Source of the DNA: Podarcis tiliguerta
Taxonomy: Eukaryota
NCBI GenBank assembly: GCA_965153285.1
Contig: OZ229115.1
Length of the DNA stretch: 64,000 bases
Reading direction: 5' to 3' (one strand)
The notes below the pieces were generated by a model. That model saw only the letters and a list, made by a program, of their open reading frames with translations, did not search any database and was not told the DNA's origin. A program made the position numbers and the translations under genes. Of the stretch, positions 53,359-64,000 are shown in pieces (positions within the stretch are counted from its first letter, which is position 1; each line of letters opens with the position of its first letter).

Positions 53359-53600
53359 CAGTGGTACCTCTGGTTACGTACTTAGTTCGTTCTGAAGGTC
53401 CGTTCTTAACCTGAAACTGTTCTTAACCTGAAGCACCACTTTAGCTAATGGGGCCTCCTGCTGCCGCCGTGCCACCAGAGCATGATTTCTGTTCTCATCC
53501 TGAAGCAAAGTTCTTAACCACAGGTACTATTTCTGGGTTAGTGGAGACTGTAACCTGAAGTGTATGTAACCTGAAGCATATGTAACCCGAGGTACCACTG
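53359..53600. mobile_element. Tc1/mariner-type MITE
   Basis: TA-cagtggtacctc ... gaggtaccactg-TA. Second copy of 2696-2937. Confidence 0.9.
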
Positions 53601-53639
53601 TATAAGCTTGGAAACAGTGGCCAGATAATTGTAGCAGCA

Positions 53640-54090
53640 TATATCTTGGCCTGGCTGCACCAGCTGCCATTTAGTTTCCAGGCCCAATTCAAAGTTCTGG
53701 TTTTTGACATATAAAACCTTCAATGGCTCAGGACCACAACACCTCAGGGACGACCTCTCCCCATATGAACTGACATGATGGCCTTCATTGCGTGCCTCCT
53801 CCATGAGAGCTCTGCAGAATAGCAACACGAGAATGGGCCATTTCTGCAGTGGCTCCCTGTTTGTGGAATGCTCTCACCAGGAAAGCTTGCCTGGTGCCAT
53901 CATCATATATCTATAGACACCAGGCAAAAACATTCCTCTCCCCCCAGGCCTTTGGCTAATCAAACCATCTATGGCCTTTTAAACAGGGGTGGGTGTATTG
54001 TTTTCGTTACTACGCTATGTATATACGCATTGTGAATTGCCCTGTGATCCTCAGATGAAGGGCGGTATAAAAACTTAATAAATAATAATA
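53640..54090 (+). mobile_element. L2-clade LINE 3' fragment
   Basis: Decayed 'QFKVLVLTYK...GP.HL' and 'WNAL' ORF2 motifs, tail gggcggtataaaaacttaataaataata. Boundaries approximate. Confidence 0.65.
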
Positions 54091-54121
54091 AGCTCACAAC
54101 TACAATACTGAATTTCTAGCC

Positions 54122-54392
54122 CAGGGGTCGGCAAAGTTTTTGTGGCTTGGGCAGGTTCACGGTCCGGAAGACGCCACGGTGGGCCAGAGTGTGTGTGCAT
54201 GCATGCGTAAATGCTATTTCCAGTGGTCCTTCCGGCGCGGAGGAGGCGTGCGCAGCTTCCCATTGGCTGCAGGAGCTTCGGCAGCAGGGGTCACCAAGCG
54301 GGCAGGAGGGGGGGTCCATTGGCTGGTTAAACGACCCCCATGGGCTGCTTGTGGCCCATGGGCCTTAGGTTGCCTTAGGTTGCCAACCCTTA
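54122..54392. mobile_element. hAT-type MITE (GC-rich)
   Basis: caggggtcggcaa ... ttgccaaccct, 8-bp TSD ttctagcc. Confidence 0.8.
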
Positions 54393-54589
54393 TTCTAGCC
54401 CTTTGAAGTCTGGGGTGCTAACTGCAGATGAAAAAGGGTGCCAGTAGGTGTTAGCTAGTGGTGAAGGAATTGCACTTGGAACATGCTCAAAGGCACCATG
54501 TGGTCAGTTTTCAGCAAAGTTGTACTCAGAGTCAACCCACTGAAATTAGTAAACAGGTTTAAGTTAGGTCCATAGATTTCCATAATTCT

Positions 54590-54920
54590 GTGAGTTAAAC
54601 CACTGAGCTGATCGGAAGGTTGGTGGTTCGAATCCCCGCAATGGGGTGAGCTCCCGTTGCTCAGTCCCTGCTCCTGCCAACCTAGCAGTTCGAAAGCACA
54701 TCAAAGTGCAAGTAGATAAATAGGTACCACTCCGGCGGGAAGGTAAACGGCGTTTCCATGAGCTGCTCTGGTTTCGCCAGAAGCAGCTTAGTCATGCTGG
54801 CCACATGACCCGGAAGCTATACGCCGGCTCCCTTGGCCAATAAAGCGAGATGAGCGCCACAACCCCAGATTCGGTCACGACTGTACCTAACGGTCAGGGG
54901 TCCCTTTACCTTTACCTTTA
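54590..54920 (+). mobile_element. Sauria SINE, 5'-clipped
   Basis: B box ggttcgaatcc, body like the other copies, (tttacc)n tail. Confidence 0.9.
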
Positions 54921-56045
54921 CTCTGATTAGAACTTCGTTGAATACCTCCTTTTGTTATTGCTCCACATGTGTCAGACCTATATCCTAATATTTAAAATCC
55001 TGCATTACTGCAAGACAGTGATAACACGAACAGGGAGCATCTGTTTTCTTTCTTTCTCAGCACAAGCCAGTATGCTAAAGAGCTTCATGAAAATAACTTG
55101 CTTTTGCATCTCACTTCATCTTCATGATGCCTATGGGGTTTTGCCATAAATGTGACTTTTTTAAAAAGACACAGCTGACTGGATTCCACTTAAACACAAG
55201 TGGAATTGCCCACATAAATTTCACTTCGCCGCTTAATACATTATACCTATGTCTCAGAGCTGTAATGAAGATAGATAGTTTTTGGAATTTAAATTATATG
55301 ATGTGTCCGCCTCCCACTTAGCTTTCTCAATGTATGGAGAAATGTTGCCCTCTAGAGGAAGATACAGAGTAGACTTCACGGAGTCTATGCCTGCACACCA
55401 CTTCTCTGATAAGGATTCTACCTAAGGTTAGAATAATAGACTCATAGAGTCATAAGAGCTGGAAGGGACCCCCAATGTCATCTAGTCCAAGCCCCAGCAA
55501 TGCAGGAAATCTCAACACACAGTCTCCCATCCAGTTTCAATCTACACTGGATCCTACTTAGCTTTGCGAATGAGCTAGTGGTCTTATTGCTGCACCACTA
55601 GGTTGAGTCAAAGTTTCTCAGAAAAGAATTTTATCTTAAAACAAAAATAATAATTGCTCCTTCAAGCGCATCCTGAACAGTTAGAGAATTTCTAACTGGA
55701 AAGTATTTGACAAAATGGTCTACCCAGCTTCACCATCCATGCATTTTTGAGTGCAATTGTCAGATTCCAGTTTCATTTTCATCATCTTCATCATCATTGT
55801 TAAATTATAACTCACCACCCCCCCATGGGACACCAGTTACGTTACAAAAATTAAAACAAACATGGATAAAACTCAGAAAGCAAAAGAAAAAGGAAAAAAA
55901 GTTTTAAAATAACAAAACTATAATGGAATTAAATTAATGCAAAACCCTCAAAACATATTAAAATACAGATAGCAAAAACAGTAAACACAGCACAGCACTA
56001 TTTAAAAGCCCTTTCCTTAAAAGTAGTCAGATCCCAAAGGCCTCT

Positions 56046-56129
56046 TTGAATAAAGTTGTTAGCTGTTGCCAGGAGGTCAGTTAAATAAAGTTGAATAAAG
56101 TTGTTAGCTGTTGCGAGGAGGTCAGTTAA
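56046..56129. repeat. Direct duplication of 39 bp with a 45-bp period
   Basis: ttgaataaagttgttagctgttgc(c/g)aggaggtcagttaa occurs at 56046 and 56091. Confidence 0.9.
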
Positions 56130-57305
56130 GCACCACCATTTCACCCTACCAGTTGCTCCCGATTTCTGTTATATTTGTATTTAACTTTTCCTGCTTCAGT
56201 CTAGGTTGCCTCCCAAGTATACAGCATTAAGGGGAAACAATAATGTATTAATCTTTCCCAGGTTTGGCTGATTGTAGCTTCTGGAGGGTGCTCTCAGTCA
56301 GGGAAATGTCACAAGGGGAAGACTTAACTCTCAATTTAACGGCATAGGTTTTATAGGGCATTTGAATATCTGGGGTGGCAAGGCTGTGTCCCAAACCCCT
56401 GGCCTACCTGGCAGCAAGTCAGTATGTCAAGTTCAAAGTCCAGGGGTCAATCCACACAAGCAAAGTCCAAAGGTCAGGAAACACAGACCAGGGTCAATCC
56501 AAGTAAGCCACATCTGAAGTCCAGCAGTCAGGATACAGTCTACAGTCAAACCCAAAGCAAAGTTCTGCAGAAGTCCAGGAGCATCCTAGCCAAGGTCCAT
56601 CAACATGGGTAGTTGAGCAGGCCCAGCATCTCACTCTGCTTCCTTTGTGTACTTTGCATGCTGATTGCAGCATCTGGGCTTGATGAGGCAGGGGACCCTC
56701 ACCTGCTCCAAGCCTACTCCACCTGAGGAATCACATCCCTCCTCCCAGAGCTAGCGAGTCACACCTGGGCTGGGCTGTGGGCCCTTGTTTGCCTCAGCTT
56801 TCTAGAGGGCCTACATCCCCCTAAATCTGGCACTGCTGTTGGCATGGACAATTTACTGCTTTGTATGTGCATAACGCAAGATGCACAGCTGGATGAAGGA
56901 TATTTTGTCCTCCAAACCCTGTTTTTAGATTAATTAGAATAGAGCTCAACCTCCTGTGGATGGGTTTAATTTTAGTCTTCTAAATGTGTTGAATTTTGTA
57001 GTTGTGATTACTTAGGAATGTTGGAAGCTGTCTTACAGGAAACAGGTCAGAACATTTATTTTGTTGTGATCCATCTAGCCCAGTATTGTCTAAGGCAGTG
57101 ATGGCCAAACTTGGCCCTTCAGCTGTTTTAGGACTACAACTCCCATCATCCCTAGCTAACAGGACCAGGGGTCAGGGATGATGGGAATTGTAGTCCCAAA
57201 ATTGTTGTCCCCAAACAGCTGGAGGGCCAAGTTTTGTGCACACTCCCCTTTTGTGGTTTCCAGCAACTGCTATTCAGAAGCATTACTGCTTCCAACTGTG
57301 GGGAC

Positions 57306-57550
57306 AGAGCATGTGTGGTGTAGTGGTTAAGAGCGGTAGACTCGTAATCGGGTTCACGTCTCAGCTCCTTCACATGCAGCTGCTGGGTGACCTTGGGCGA
57401 GTCACACTTCTTTGAAGTCTCTCGGCCCCACTCACCTCACACAGTGTTTGTTGTGGGGGAGGAAGGGAAAGGAGACTGTTAGCCACTTTGAGACTCCTTC
57501 AGGTAGCGATAAAGCGGGATATCAAATCCAAACTCTTCTTCTTCTTCTTC
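57306..57550 (+). mobile_element. Squam3-like tRNA-headed SINE with (CTT)n tail
   Basis: A box tggtgtagtgg, core gtgaccttgggcgagtcac, L2-like 3' end and (CTT)n tail. Confidence 0.78.
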
Positions 57551-57759
57551 ATGGCTAGTAGCTGTGGATAGCTTTATCCAGGGCCAGCCCATCCATGACA
57601 CAAGGTGTGGTGACGTCGGGTGGCAGGATCCACAGGGGCCACAGATCCCAGATCTTTAGTCTCCCCTTGTTTCCGATTTAGATCTTCACTCACTCTTTCT
57701 CCCCTAGCAGGGGGTGCCATTTTGTGGTTTTGCCCATGTGCCAAAATAAGGCCCTGGCC

Positions 57760-57990
57760 TTATCCTCCATCCAATCCTTTTTTAAAAAACAATCAAGGTT
57801 GGTGGCCATCACTGCTTCCTGTGGCAGTGAGTTCCATAGCTTAACTATGCCCTGAGTGAAGAAGTCTCTTCTTCTAGCTGTCCTGAATCTTCCAACATTG
57901 AGCTTCACTGGATGTTTTAGTGTTTAGGGAGACAAACTTTTTGCTCTCTACTTTCTTCATGCCATGCATAATTTTATGAACTTCTATCAT
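57760..57990 (-). mobile_element. CR1-clade LINE 3' fragment
   Basis: Reads MKLNVGRFRT..R.FFTQ.IVKLWNSLPQEAVMA, an ORF2 C-terminus. Its 3' UTR continues leftwards to about 57050 and is interrupted by insertions. Confidence 0.75.
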
Positions 57991-59605
57991 GTGACCTCAA
58001 CTATTTTGACTGGTATTGGTTCTCTGCAAAAGACCCTTTGCATCACTGGCTGTCTGATCATACCCAGCAACCCAGATATACTGGGGTCGAGTGGGGGTTG
58101 ATCCTAGAATTTCCTGCATGCAAATTCTGTGCACTGCCACCAAGCTACCCTCATCCCCAGAGTTTGAAAACTTCTGGTTCAGCTTTACTTCTGCCTTACA
58201 TCTATGCAGTCTCTTTATTCTTCACCCCCACCTAATAAAATCTCCTGACTGTACCCATTTCACATGATAATAATTGCTAATAGAACTGAAGGGTTTATTA
58301 ATCCAATTACTACACCCACATTTAAACACTGGCTTCCTGTCAACACAGGGAGTGCTAGAAATGTGATTTTCTGGAGGGTTTTTTTATTACTCTCATTCAT
58401 CAACCATATTGAAAAAGACTTTTGCAAAGTGTGACGGTGTAATTTTTTAAAAGCCCCACAGTTGACTAGTTTTCCAATCCCGAGAATACTGAATTGTTTT
58501 TAATTAGGCTGATAATTAGCTGAAAACCTCCTCATAACTTCGTATTTATGAAGACTATGATAATTGGCTCATAAAGAAAGCTCATGGGGATTTGAAGTTT
58601 CCTGAAAACCAATATGGATTTTTTTATAACGAAAATATAAAAGGGCCACGAGCTGTTAGCAAAAAAGTGGTATTGTTGGTAATAGCTCAATACTGCTCCA
58701 CCACCATTGAGCAGTTGTTTAGTTAGATAATTTTGGACTCTGGATTTAATGATCTCAGACCAGGTGTGGGGATCTTTATCTCTCCTGACCTTCGGGCCCC
58801 CTTTGACAGATAGGCAGGACTACCCACTCTTTGCCAAAGCTGTAGTGTATAGGGGTGCCAGAGATCTTTTGGACAAAGTTTTGTGACATCAATGGTATAT
58901 GCCTTTAATATGGACACAATAATGTTGTAGCCTTGAGCATCACAGTGTTTCAAGTAGCTTAAAACTCCACAGTTACAGGGCACTGTTGGCTACAAGGAGT
59001 TGTGGCTTGAAAAATGAGTGGATTCCGATTTCACAAAAACAGGAGATTTTATTCGTAATGTAACAACATAATGCATGTTATGCTTCTTCCAAATGACATC
59101 TTTGACCATTGGTTTCTATGGCAACAATTCACTTGTACTTGGCCGATTCTTTAGTTATACAAAGACCCATTCTCCTGACACATGGGAATCTGCAAGGCTA
59201 TCTTCAACCCAACAACAACTGTTTTGACCGTGTTTTGCAGCCCTCCTATTTTTGGGGACTTAAATCTTACAGCTATAAAGTACCAGGAATGGTTGGTAGA
59301 TGCATTTTTTTAAAAAAGGGGCTTCTAAATGCAAGTGTAATGAACAGTGCAAAAACAACAAATAGCCATGTGTGTATGTGTGAGGAAGAACTTGTAGATA
59401 GGCTCAGGCTAGTCACCATTCTTTCAGCTACAGCTGAGTATGAGTACAGTAATAATATTGAACAATAAATCCAAAGTAGTAAATTTATGTCCTATATTCC
59501 CAGTCCTCCTGCTAATGCGATATCTGCATCTGCTTTTCCTTGTCAGGGTTTTTTTTTCTATCAATGTAACATGGCAAATATGGAAACAAAGTTGTTTAAA
59601 CGAAC

Positions 59606-59830
59606 TTCTCCTTCTTCTTCTTCTTCTTCTTATTCTTCTTCTTCTCCTCCTCCTCCAGCACCCATCTGACTGGGTTGCCCCAGCCACTCTGGGCTGCTCC
59701 CAACAGAATATTTAAAACATGATAAAACATCAAACATTGAAAACTTCCCTAAACAGGGCTGACTTCAGATGTCTTCTAAAAGTCAGATAGTTGTTTATTT
59801 CCTTGACAATTGATGGGCGGGCATTCCGGA
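59606..59830 (-). mobile_element. L2-clade 3' fragment with (CTT/CTC)n tail
   Basis: Minus strand reads ..IKEINNYLTFRRHLKSALFREVF, then cccagagtggctggggcaacccagtcagatggg and a microsatellite tail. Confidence 0.75.
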
Positions 59831-60712
59831 AGTCAAGCATGTGCCTTTTGAAAAATCTAGAGCATGGCAGATCAAAACTCCATCTTTCTATTTTACTCTC
59901 CACTCTGTAGGAGTTTGGCACATGGAAAACAACAGCGGCATTTCAAATCCAGTCAAGCATATTTAGTTGCGCATTATTTCTCTTGATCCCACTTCAGGCC
60001 TAAGCATACATTAGGCACACATGAGGGTAAGACCCCAAGCATCGCAGGAGACATTGTCTTCCCAGTTATTGGATGGCAAGATTCTGCTTTGTCTGTCTCA
60101 CAATGCAATCTCATGCAGCATTTAGAGGTGAACTGGGCAGCAATCTGAAAAGCAGCCCTACTGTGTGAAGCTAGCAAGAAGAGGAACGACTGCTCTCACA
60201 ACAATAACAAAAGAAGGTGGGTGGCTTCGGATGCTAAAGAGAGCCTGATAATTTTCTTTCAATTGCCATTCTGAAATGGGGAGCAAATACTGATTAGTCA
60301 TTTTGCTGGGTTTCTGAAGACAACCCATCAATCTATCTCACTCCTGCCTCCTCTATGTAACCTCTCCCACACTTAATGTATATATTATGCTTTGCTTTCT
60401 CACTTGAATGTGGGGTGGTGGGCGGTATCCTGCAGAAAACATTAGTTTTCTGATAGATGTTGTTGATTGGACTACCAAGGAGACATGAGTTTCTGGATGG
60501 GGATGTGGGGGCGTAACACAAAGGACGGATAAATCACATCAGAAGAAAGTGAGTTCTTTTGAAGCTGAACATTGATTTCACTCTGGGTGGGATCAAATGA
60601 CCACTTACCGCATGGTAATGACTTGAAAACTCCCTGTGTGGCAACTGTAGGCATACAAGGAGTTGGCCATCTGTAGTCAAGCATTGCAGTAAAGATTTAG
60701 AAAGCTAGGAAA

Positions 60713-60737
60713 GTGTGTGTGTGTGTGTGTGTGTGTG
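60713..60737. repeat. (GT)n microsatellite
   Basis: Read directly from the sequence. Confidence 0.93.
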
Positions 60738-60884
60738 CAAGCAGTGTGCAAGCAAAAGTGTAGCATGGGTAGGTGCAGTTGCACCCCTCTCTATCCTCCA
60801 TTCAGAAAAGCGGGAGGCATTATCAAAATTCTTGACAAAAACACTCAAGGAGGGTAAGATGGAGGGTCAGTTAGGGGTGTGATC

Positions 60885-61408
60885 CATAGCTGTCAACCGT
60901 ACCTTATTTGGCGGGAAAGTCCCTTATCCCAGTGCCGTGTCCCGTTGCTGTCCCTTATTGATGATGTCCCTTAAATTTCCTGGGTTTCAAAAGAAGCAGC
61001 TCCTCTCCCTCCCTCCCTGCTGGCCAGGGAGGAGGGAGGCTCCAACTGTGTTGCTTGGCTGCATTGCTCACCCAATAAGGAGTCTAAGAACAACTGGGGG
61101 GGGGTGGAGCTTGCATGCCTTGTGCCGATCAAATCGGCCGCGTTGCCTGGGGACTCGCCTTTGCTCAGCGCTTTCCAGCGGAGAGGTGATGGTGGTTTTC
61201 CTTGCTGCATCTCCTTTGCCGGGTTGCTGCGCTGTGGGAACCACCGCTTGAGGCTTCATTGGCTGCTGGCTGGGCTTTCTGCCTTTGGCTCGGAGGGGCT
61301 CAGAAGTTGAACATACCTGTGCTCGCAAAATCCCTTATTTTGGCTGCTGATCCCTTATTTTCAAGGCTGCTGGTCCCTTATTTTCAAATCTGTAAGTTGA
61401 CAGCTATG
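60885..61408. mobile_element. Non-autonomous hAT-type DNA transposon
   Basis: Perfect 13-bp TIRs catagctgtcaac / gttgacagctatg, perfect 8-bp TSD gtgtgatc, and repeated subterminal ccttat motifs. Confidence 0.9.
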
Positions 61409-61810
61409 GTGTGATCTGGGGACTCTGGAGCAAATGTGTGGTGTGGGAAGAGCCCCAAATAACTCCAAAGAGAGTCTTGGAGAGTCACATTTATCATAAG
61501 CTTCCCCGCCCCTTCTCTAAGTGAAGTTGATATTGCCTCCTGGCTACTTGGAGATAGCCTAAGGGATCTGTTCCCTCATCTCTGGTGGAGTTGTGATCCT
61601 CATGCCACTGTGGAGTCTGTGCATTGTGGATCATAGAGGCTTCTCTCCTCCTGGCTGTCCTCAACTGCTAGCTGTCGGAACATGCCTGGGGGGGGCAGGC
61701 ACATGCACCCCCCAGAATGAGACAGACCTCTCCGGGCATCTTCCTGATGAAGCACAGCCTGGGACATTCACAAATCAGTCCCAGTGTGCACCAGCAACAC
61801 ATATCTAAAG

Positions 61811-62221
61811 ACTGTCTCTCCGGGGCTAAGATCCAAGATGTAACTGAACGACTGCCAGGAATCATAAAACCCACTGACAAATACCCCTTCCTCTTGGTTC
61901 ATGTGGGAACCAATGACACTGCAAGCAATAGCCTCCAGAAGATCAAAAGAGACTACGAGGCTCTGGGCAGGAAATTGAAGCAATTAAATGCACAAATCGT
62001 CATCTCATCTGTCCTCCCAGTTGAACGACGTGGCCCAGGGAGAGAGGGGAAAATAGTGGAAGTAAACAGCTGGCTTCGCAAATGGTGTAAACAGGAACGG
62101 TTTGGATTCTTAGTTTCTTGAAGATGGACTTCTGGCAAGCGGTGGGCTGCACCTCACAACGGTTGGGAGGAAGGTTTTTGCCAAAAAACTAAGAAACCTC
62201 ATCAGGAGGGCTTTAAACTGA
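61811..62221 (+). pseudogene. CR1 ORF1 SGNH/GDSL esterase domain, damaged
   Basis: Reads CLSGAKIQDV...LLVHVGTND...EVNSWLRKWC, frameshifts near 62112, then LEDGLLASGGLHLTTVGRKVFAKKLRNLIRRALN*. The GDS block is absent and the usual DGLH reads GGLH. Confidence 0.85.
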
Positions 62222-62304
62222 CTAATGTGGGGGAGGGAGACACTGCTCCTGAAGGTAGGAGTCTATCAATTGATGAAGATGATCATCCAAATGTCATAGA
62301 CCAA

Positions 62305-64000
62305 ATGGAGCAAACAGCAAGCAGACCTAGTGGTGGGAGGAAAAAATCCTTAAATAAGAGACACGGGGGAATGACTAATGGACTTCAATGTCTGTACACT
62401 AATGCACAAAGCATGGGAAATAAACAAGATGAGCTTGAGCTCTTGGTACAGCAAACTAAATATGACATAATAGGCATCACTGAAACCTGGTGGGATAAGT
62501 CCCACGATTGGAATGTAAAAATGGAGGGATACAATCTATTTCAGAGAAACAGACCAGACAAGAAAGGAGGAGTGGCGTTATATGTCAGGGATGTGTATAC
62601 CTGTGAAGAGATCCAAGATTTAGAACCTCAAAGCCAAAGTGAGAGCATTTGGGTCAAAATTAAGGGAGAGAAGAATAACAGTGACCTCATTGTGGGAGTT
62701 TACTATAGATCCCCAAGCCAAACGGAGGACATAGATGATGCCTTCCTGGAACAGATGGCCAAGCATGCAAAAGGAAGGGAGATAGTAGTAATGGGGGACT
62801 TCAATTACCCGGATATTTGTTGGATGTCAAACTCAGCCAAGAGCATAAGGTCAAACAGATTCCTCACTGGCCTTGCAGACAACTTCATTGTCCAGAAAGT
62901 AGGAGAAGCAACAAGAGGAACAGCCATTTTAGATCTGGTCCTAACCAATGGCGATGACCTGGTTAATGGGGTTGAAGTGGAAGGATCATTAGGCGCAAGT
63001 GATCATGCTCTTCTGAAGTTTACTACACAATGGAAAGGAGCAGCCAAGCATACTAGGACTCAATTTCTTGACTTTAAGAAAGCCGACTTCATAAAACTTA
63101 GGGAAGTGCTGGGTGAGATCCCATGGACAGTAATACTAAAAGGAAAGGGAGTTCATGATGGCTGGGAGTTTGTTAAGAGGGAGATAGTAAAAGCACAACT
63201 TCAGGCAATACCAATGAGACGGAAACATGGAAGGTGCCTAAAGAAGCCAGGGTGGCTATCTAAAGAACTTTTAACTGAGTTAAGATTAAAAAAGGATGTG
63301 TACAAAAAATGGAAAAGGGGGGAAACCACCAAAGAGGAATTCAAACAAATAGCCAGCACGTGTAGACACAAAGTCAGAAAAGCTAAAGCACAGAATGAAC
63401 TCAGGCTTGCTAGAGAGGTTAAAAGCAACAAAAAAGGCTTTTATGGGTATGTTCGTAGCAAAAGGAAGAACAAAGAAACAGTGGGGTCACTCAGAGGAGA
63501 AGATGGTGAAATGCAAACAGGGGACACAGAAAGGGCTGAACTCCTCAATGCCTTCTTTGCCTCAGTCTTCTCCGATAAAGAAAACAATGCCCGACCTGAA
63601 GAATTTGGAGGAAATGATTCAGCAGAGGAAACACAGCCCAGAATAACTAAGGAGATAGTACAAGAATACTTGGCTAGTTTAGATGTATTCAAGTCTCTAG
63701 GGCCAGATGAACTGCATCCAAGAGTATTAAAAGAACTGGCAGATGTGATCTCAGAACCACTGGCAATCATCTTTGAGAATTCCTGGAGAACAGGCGAAGT
63801 CCCAGCAGACTGGAGGAGGGCAAATGTTGTCCCTATTTTCAAAAAGGGGAAAAGAGAGGACCCAAATAATTACCGCCCAGTCAGTCTGACATCAATACCA
63901 GGGAAGATTCTGGAGCAGATCATCAAGCAAACAATCTGTGAGCACATAGAAAGGAATGCTGTGATCACCAATAGTCAGCATGGATTTCTGAAAAATAAGT
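62305..64000 (+). CDS. CR1 ORF2 (APE endonuclease, linker, start of RT), open to the window end
   Basis: Hand translation shows no stop from 62122 to 64000. Motifs include CLYTNAQS, IIGITETWW, GVYYRSP, MGDFNYP, LDLVLTN, SDH, GPDELHP, NYRPVSLTS and QHGF. First ATG at 62305. Confidence 0.92.
   Translation, partial: MEQTASRPSGGRKKSLNKRHGGMTNGLQCLYTNAQSMGNKQDELELLVQQTKYDIIGITETWWDKSHDWNVKMEGYNLFQRNRPDKKGGVALYVRDVYTCEEIQDLEPQSQSESIWVKIKGEKNNSDLIVGVYYRSPSQTEDIDDAFLEQMAKHAKGREIVVMGDFNYPDICWMSNSAKSIRSNRFLTGLADNFIVQKVGEATRGTAILDLVLTNGDDLVNGVEVEGSLGASDHALLKFTTQWKGAAKHTRTQFLDFKKADFIKLREVLGEIPWTVILKGKGVHDGWEFVKREIVKAQLQAIPMRRKHGRCLKKPGWLSKELLTELRLKKDVYKKWKRGETTKEEFKQIASTCRHKVRKAKAQNELRLAREVKSNKKGFYGYVRSKRKNKETVGSLRGEDGEMQTGDTERAELLNAFFASVFSDKENNARPEEFGGNDSAEETQPRITKEIVQEYLASLDVFKSLGPDELHPRVLKELADVISEPLAIIFENSWRTGEVPADWRRANVVPIFKKGKREDPNNYRPVSLTSIPGKILEQIIKQTICEHIERNAVITNSQHGFLKNK

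Larger units (their letters stand above)
61811..64000 (+). mobile_element. Young CR1 LINE (partial ORF1 plus ORF2), continuing past the window edge
   Basis: SGNH-esterase-type ORF1 followed by an APE-endonuclease/RT ORF2. 5' boundary approximate. Confidence 0.95.

Noticed and set aside
56380-56830. Possible solo LTR with repeated gggtcaatcca motifs
   Set aside because: The composition is suggestive, but I could not fix TG...CA ends or a target-site duplication.
61560-61810. 5'-inverted piece of CR1 ORF1, or an N-terminal extension of the 61717 ORF
   Set aside because: No convincing ORF1 motif on either strand. The ATG at 61717 is probably flanking sequence that happens to be in frame.

Overview
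This is vertebrate genomic DNA, almost certainly from a squamate and probably a lacertid lizard, judging from the Sauria and Squam3-like SINEs and the CR1/L2 LINEs. It holds two convergent genes, the same tail-to-tail arrangement I recall from mammals. On the + strand are the last 10 coding exons of laminin beta-3 (LAMB3), 1..15500. They give 569 aa of coiled coil plus the 6-Cys knob, ending YYATCTD*. On the - strand is the complete coding region of CAMK1G (CaMKI-gamma/CLICK-III): 11 coding exons from 43288 down to 18239, 1431 nt, 476 aa, ending in the CaaX box CLVM. I traced every splice junction by hand and all phases are consistent. The remainder is intronic or intergenic, with SINEs, MITEs, LINE fragments, microsatellites, a 165-N gap and a young CR1 LINE running off the right edge. 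Almost all entries in the supplied ORF track are spurious. I see no clearly new multi-gene system. The best leads are: (1) an in-frame U_UUA_AAC slippery site joining CR1 ORF1 to ORF2 in the -1 frame; (2) a well-formed 84-nt candidate exon in CAMK1G that is either a poison exon or an alternative N-terminus rebuilding the GxG loop; (3) a CR1 insertion inside the polypyrimidine tract of a CAMK1G kinase exon; (4) a GC-AG intron and a (GT)21-embedded donor in LAMB3; (5) remodelled lipidation cysteines in CAMK1G. Comparisons to human proteins are from memory, not from a search.
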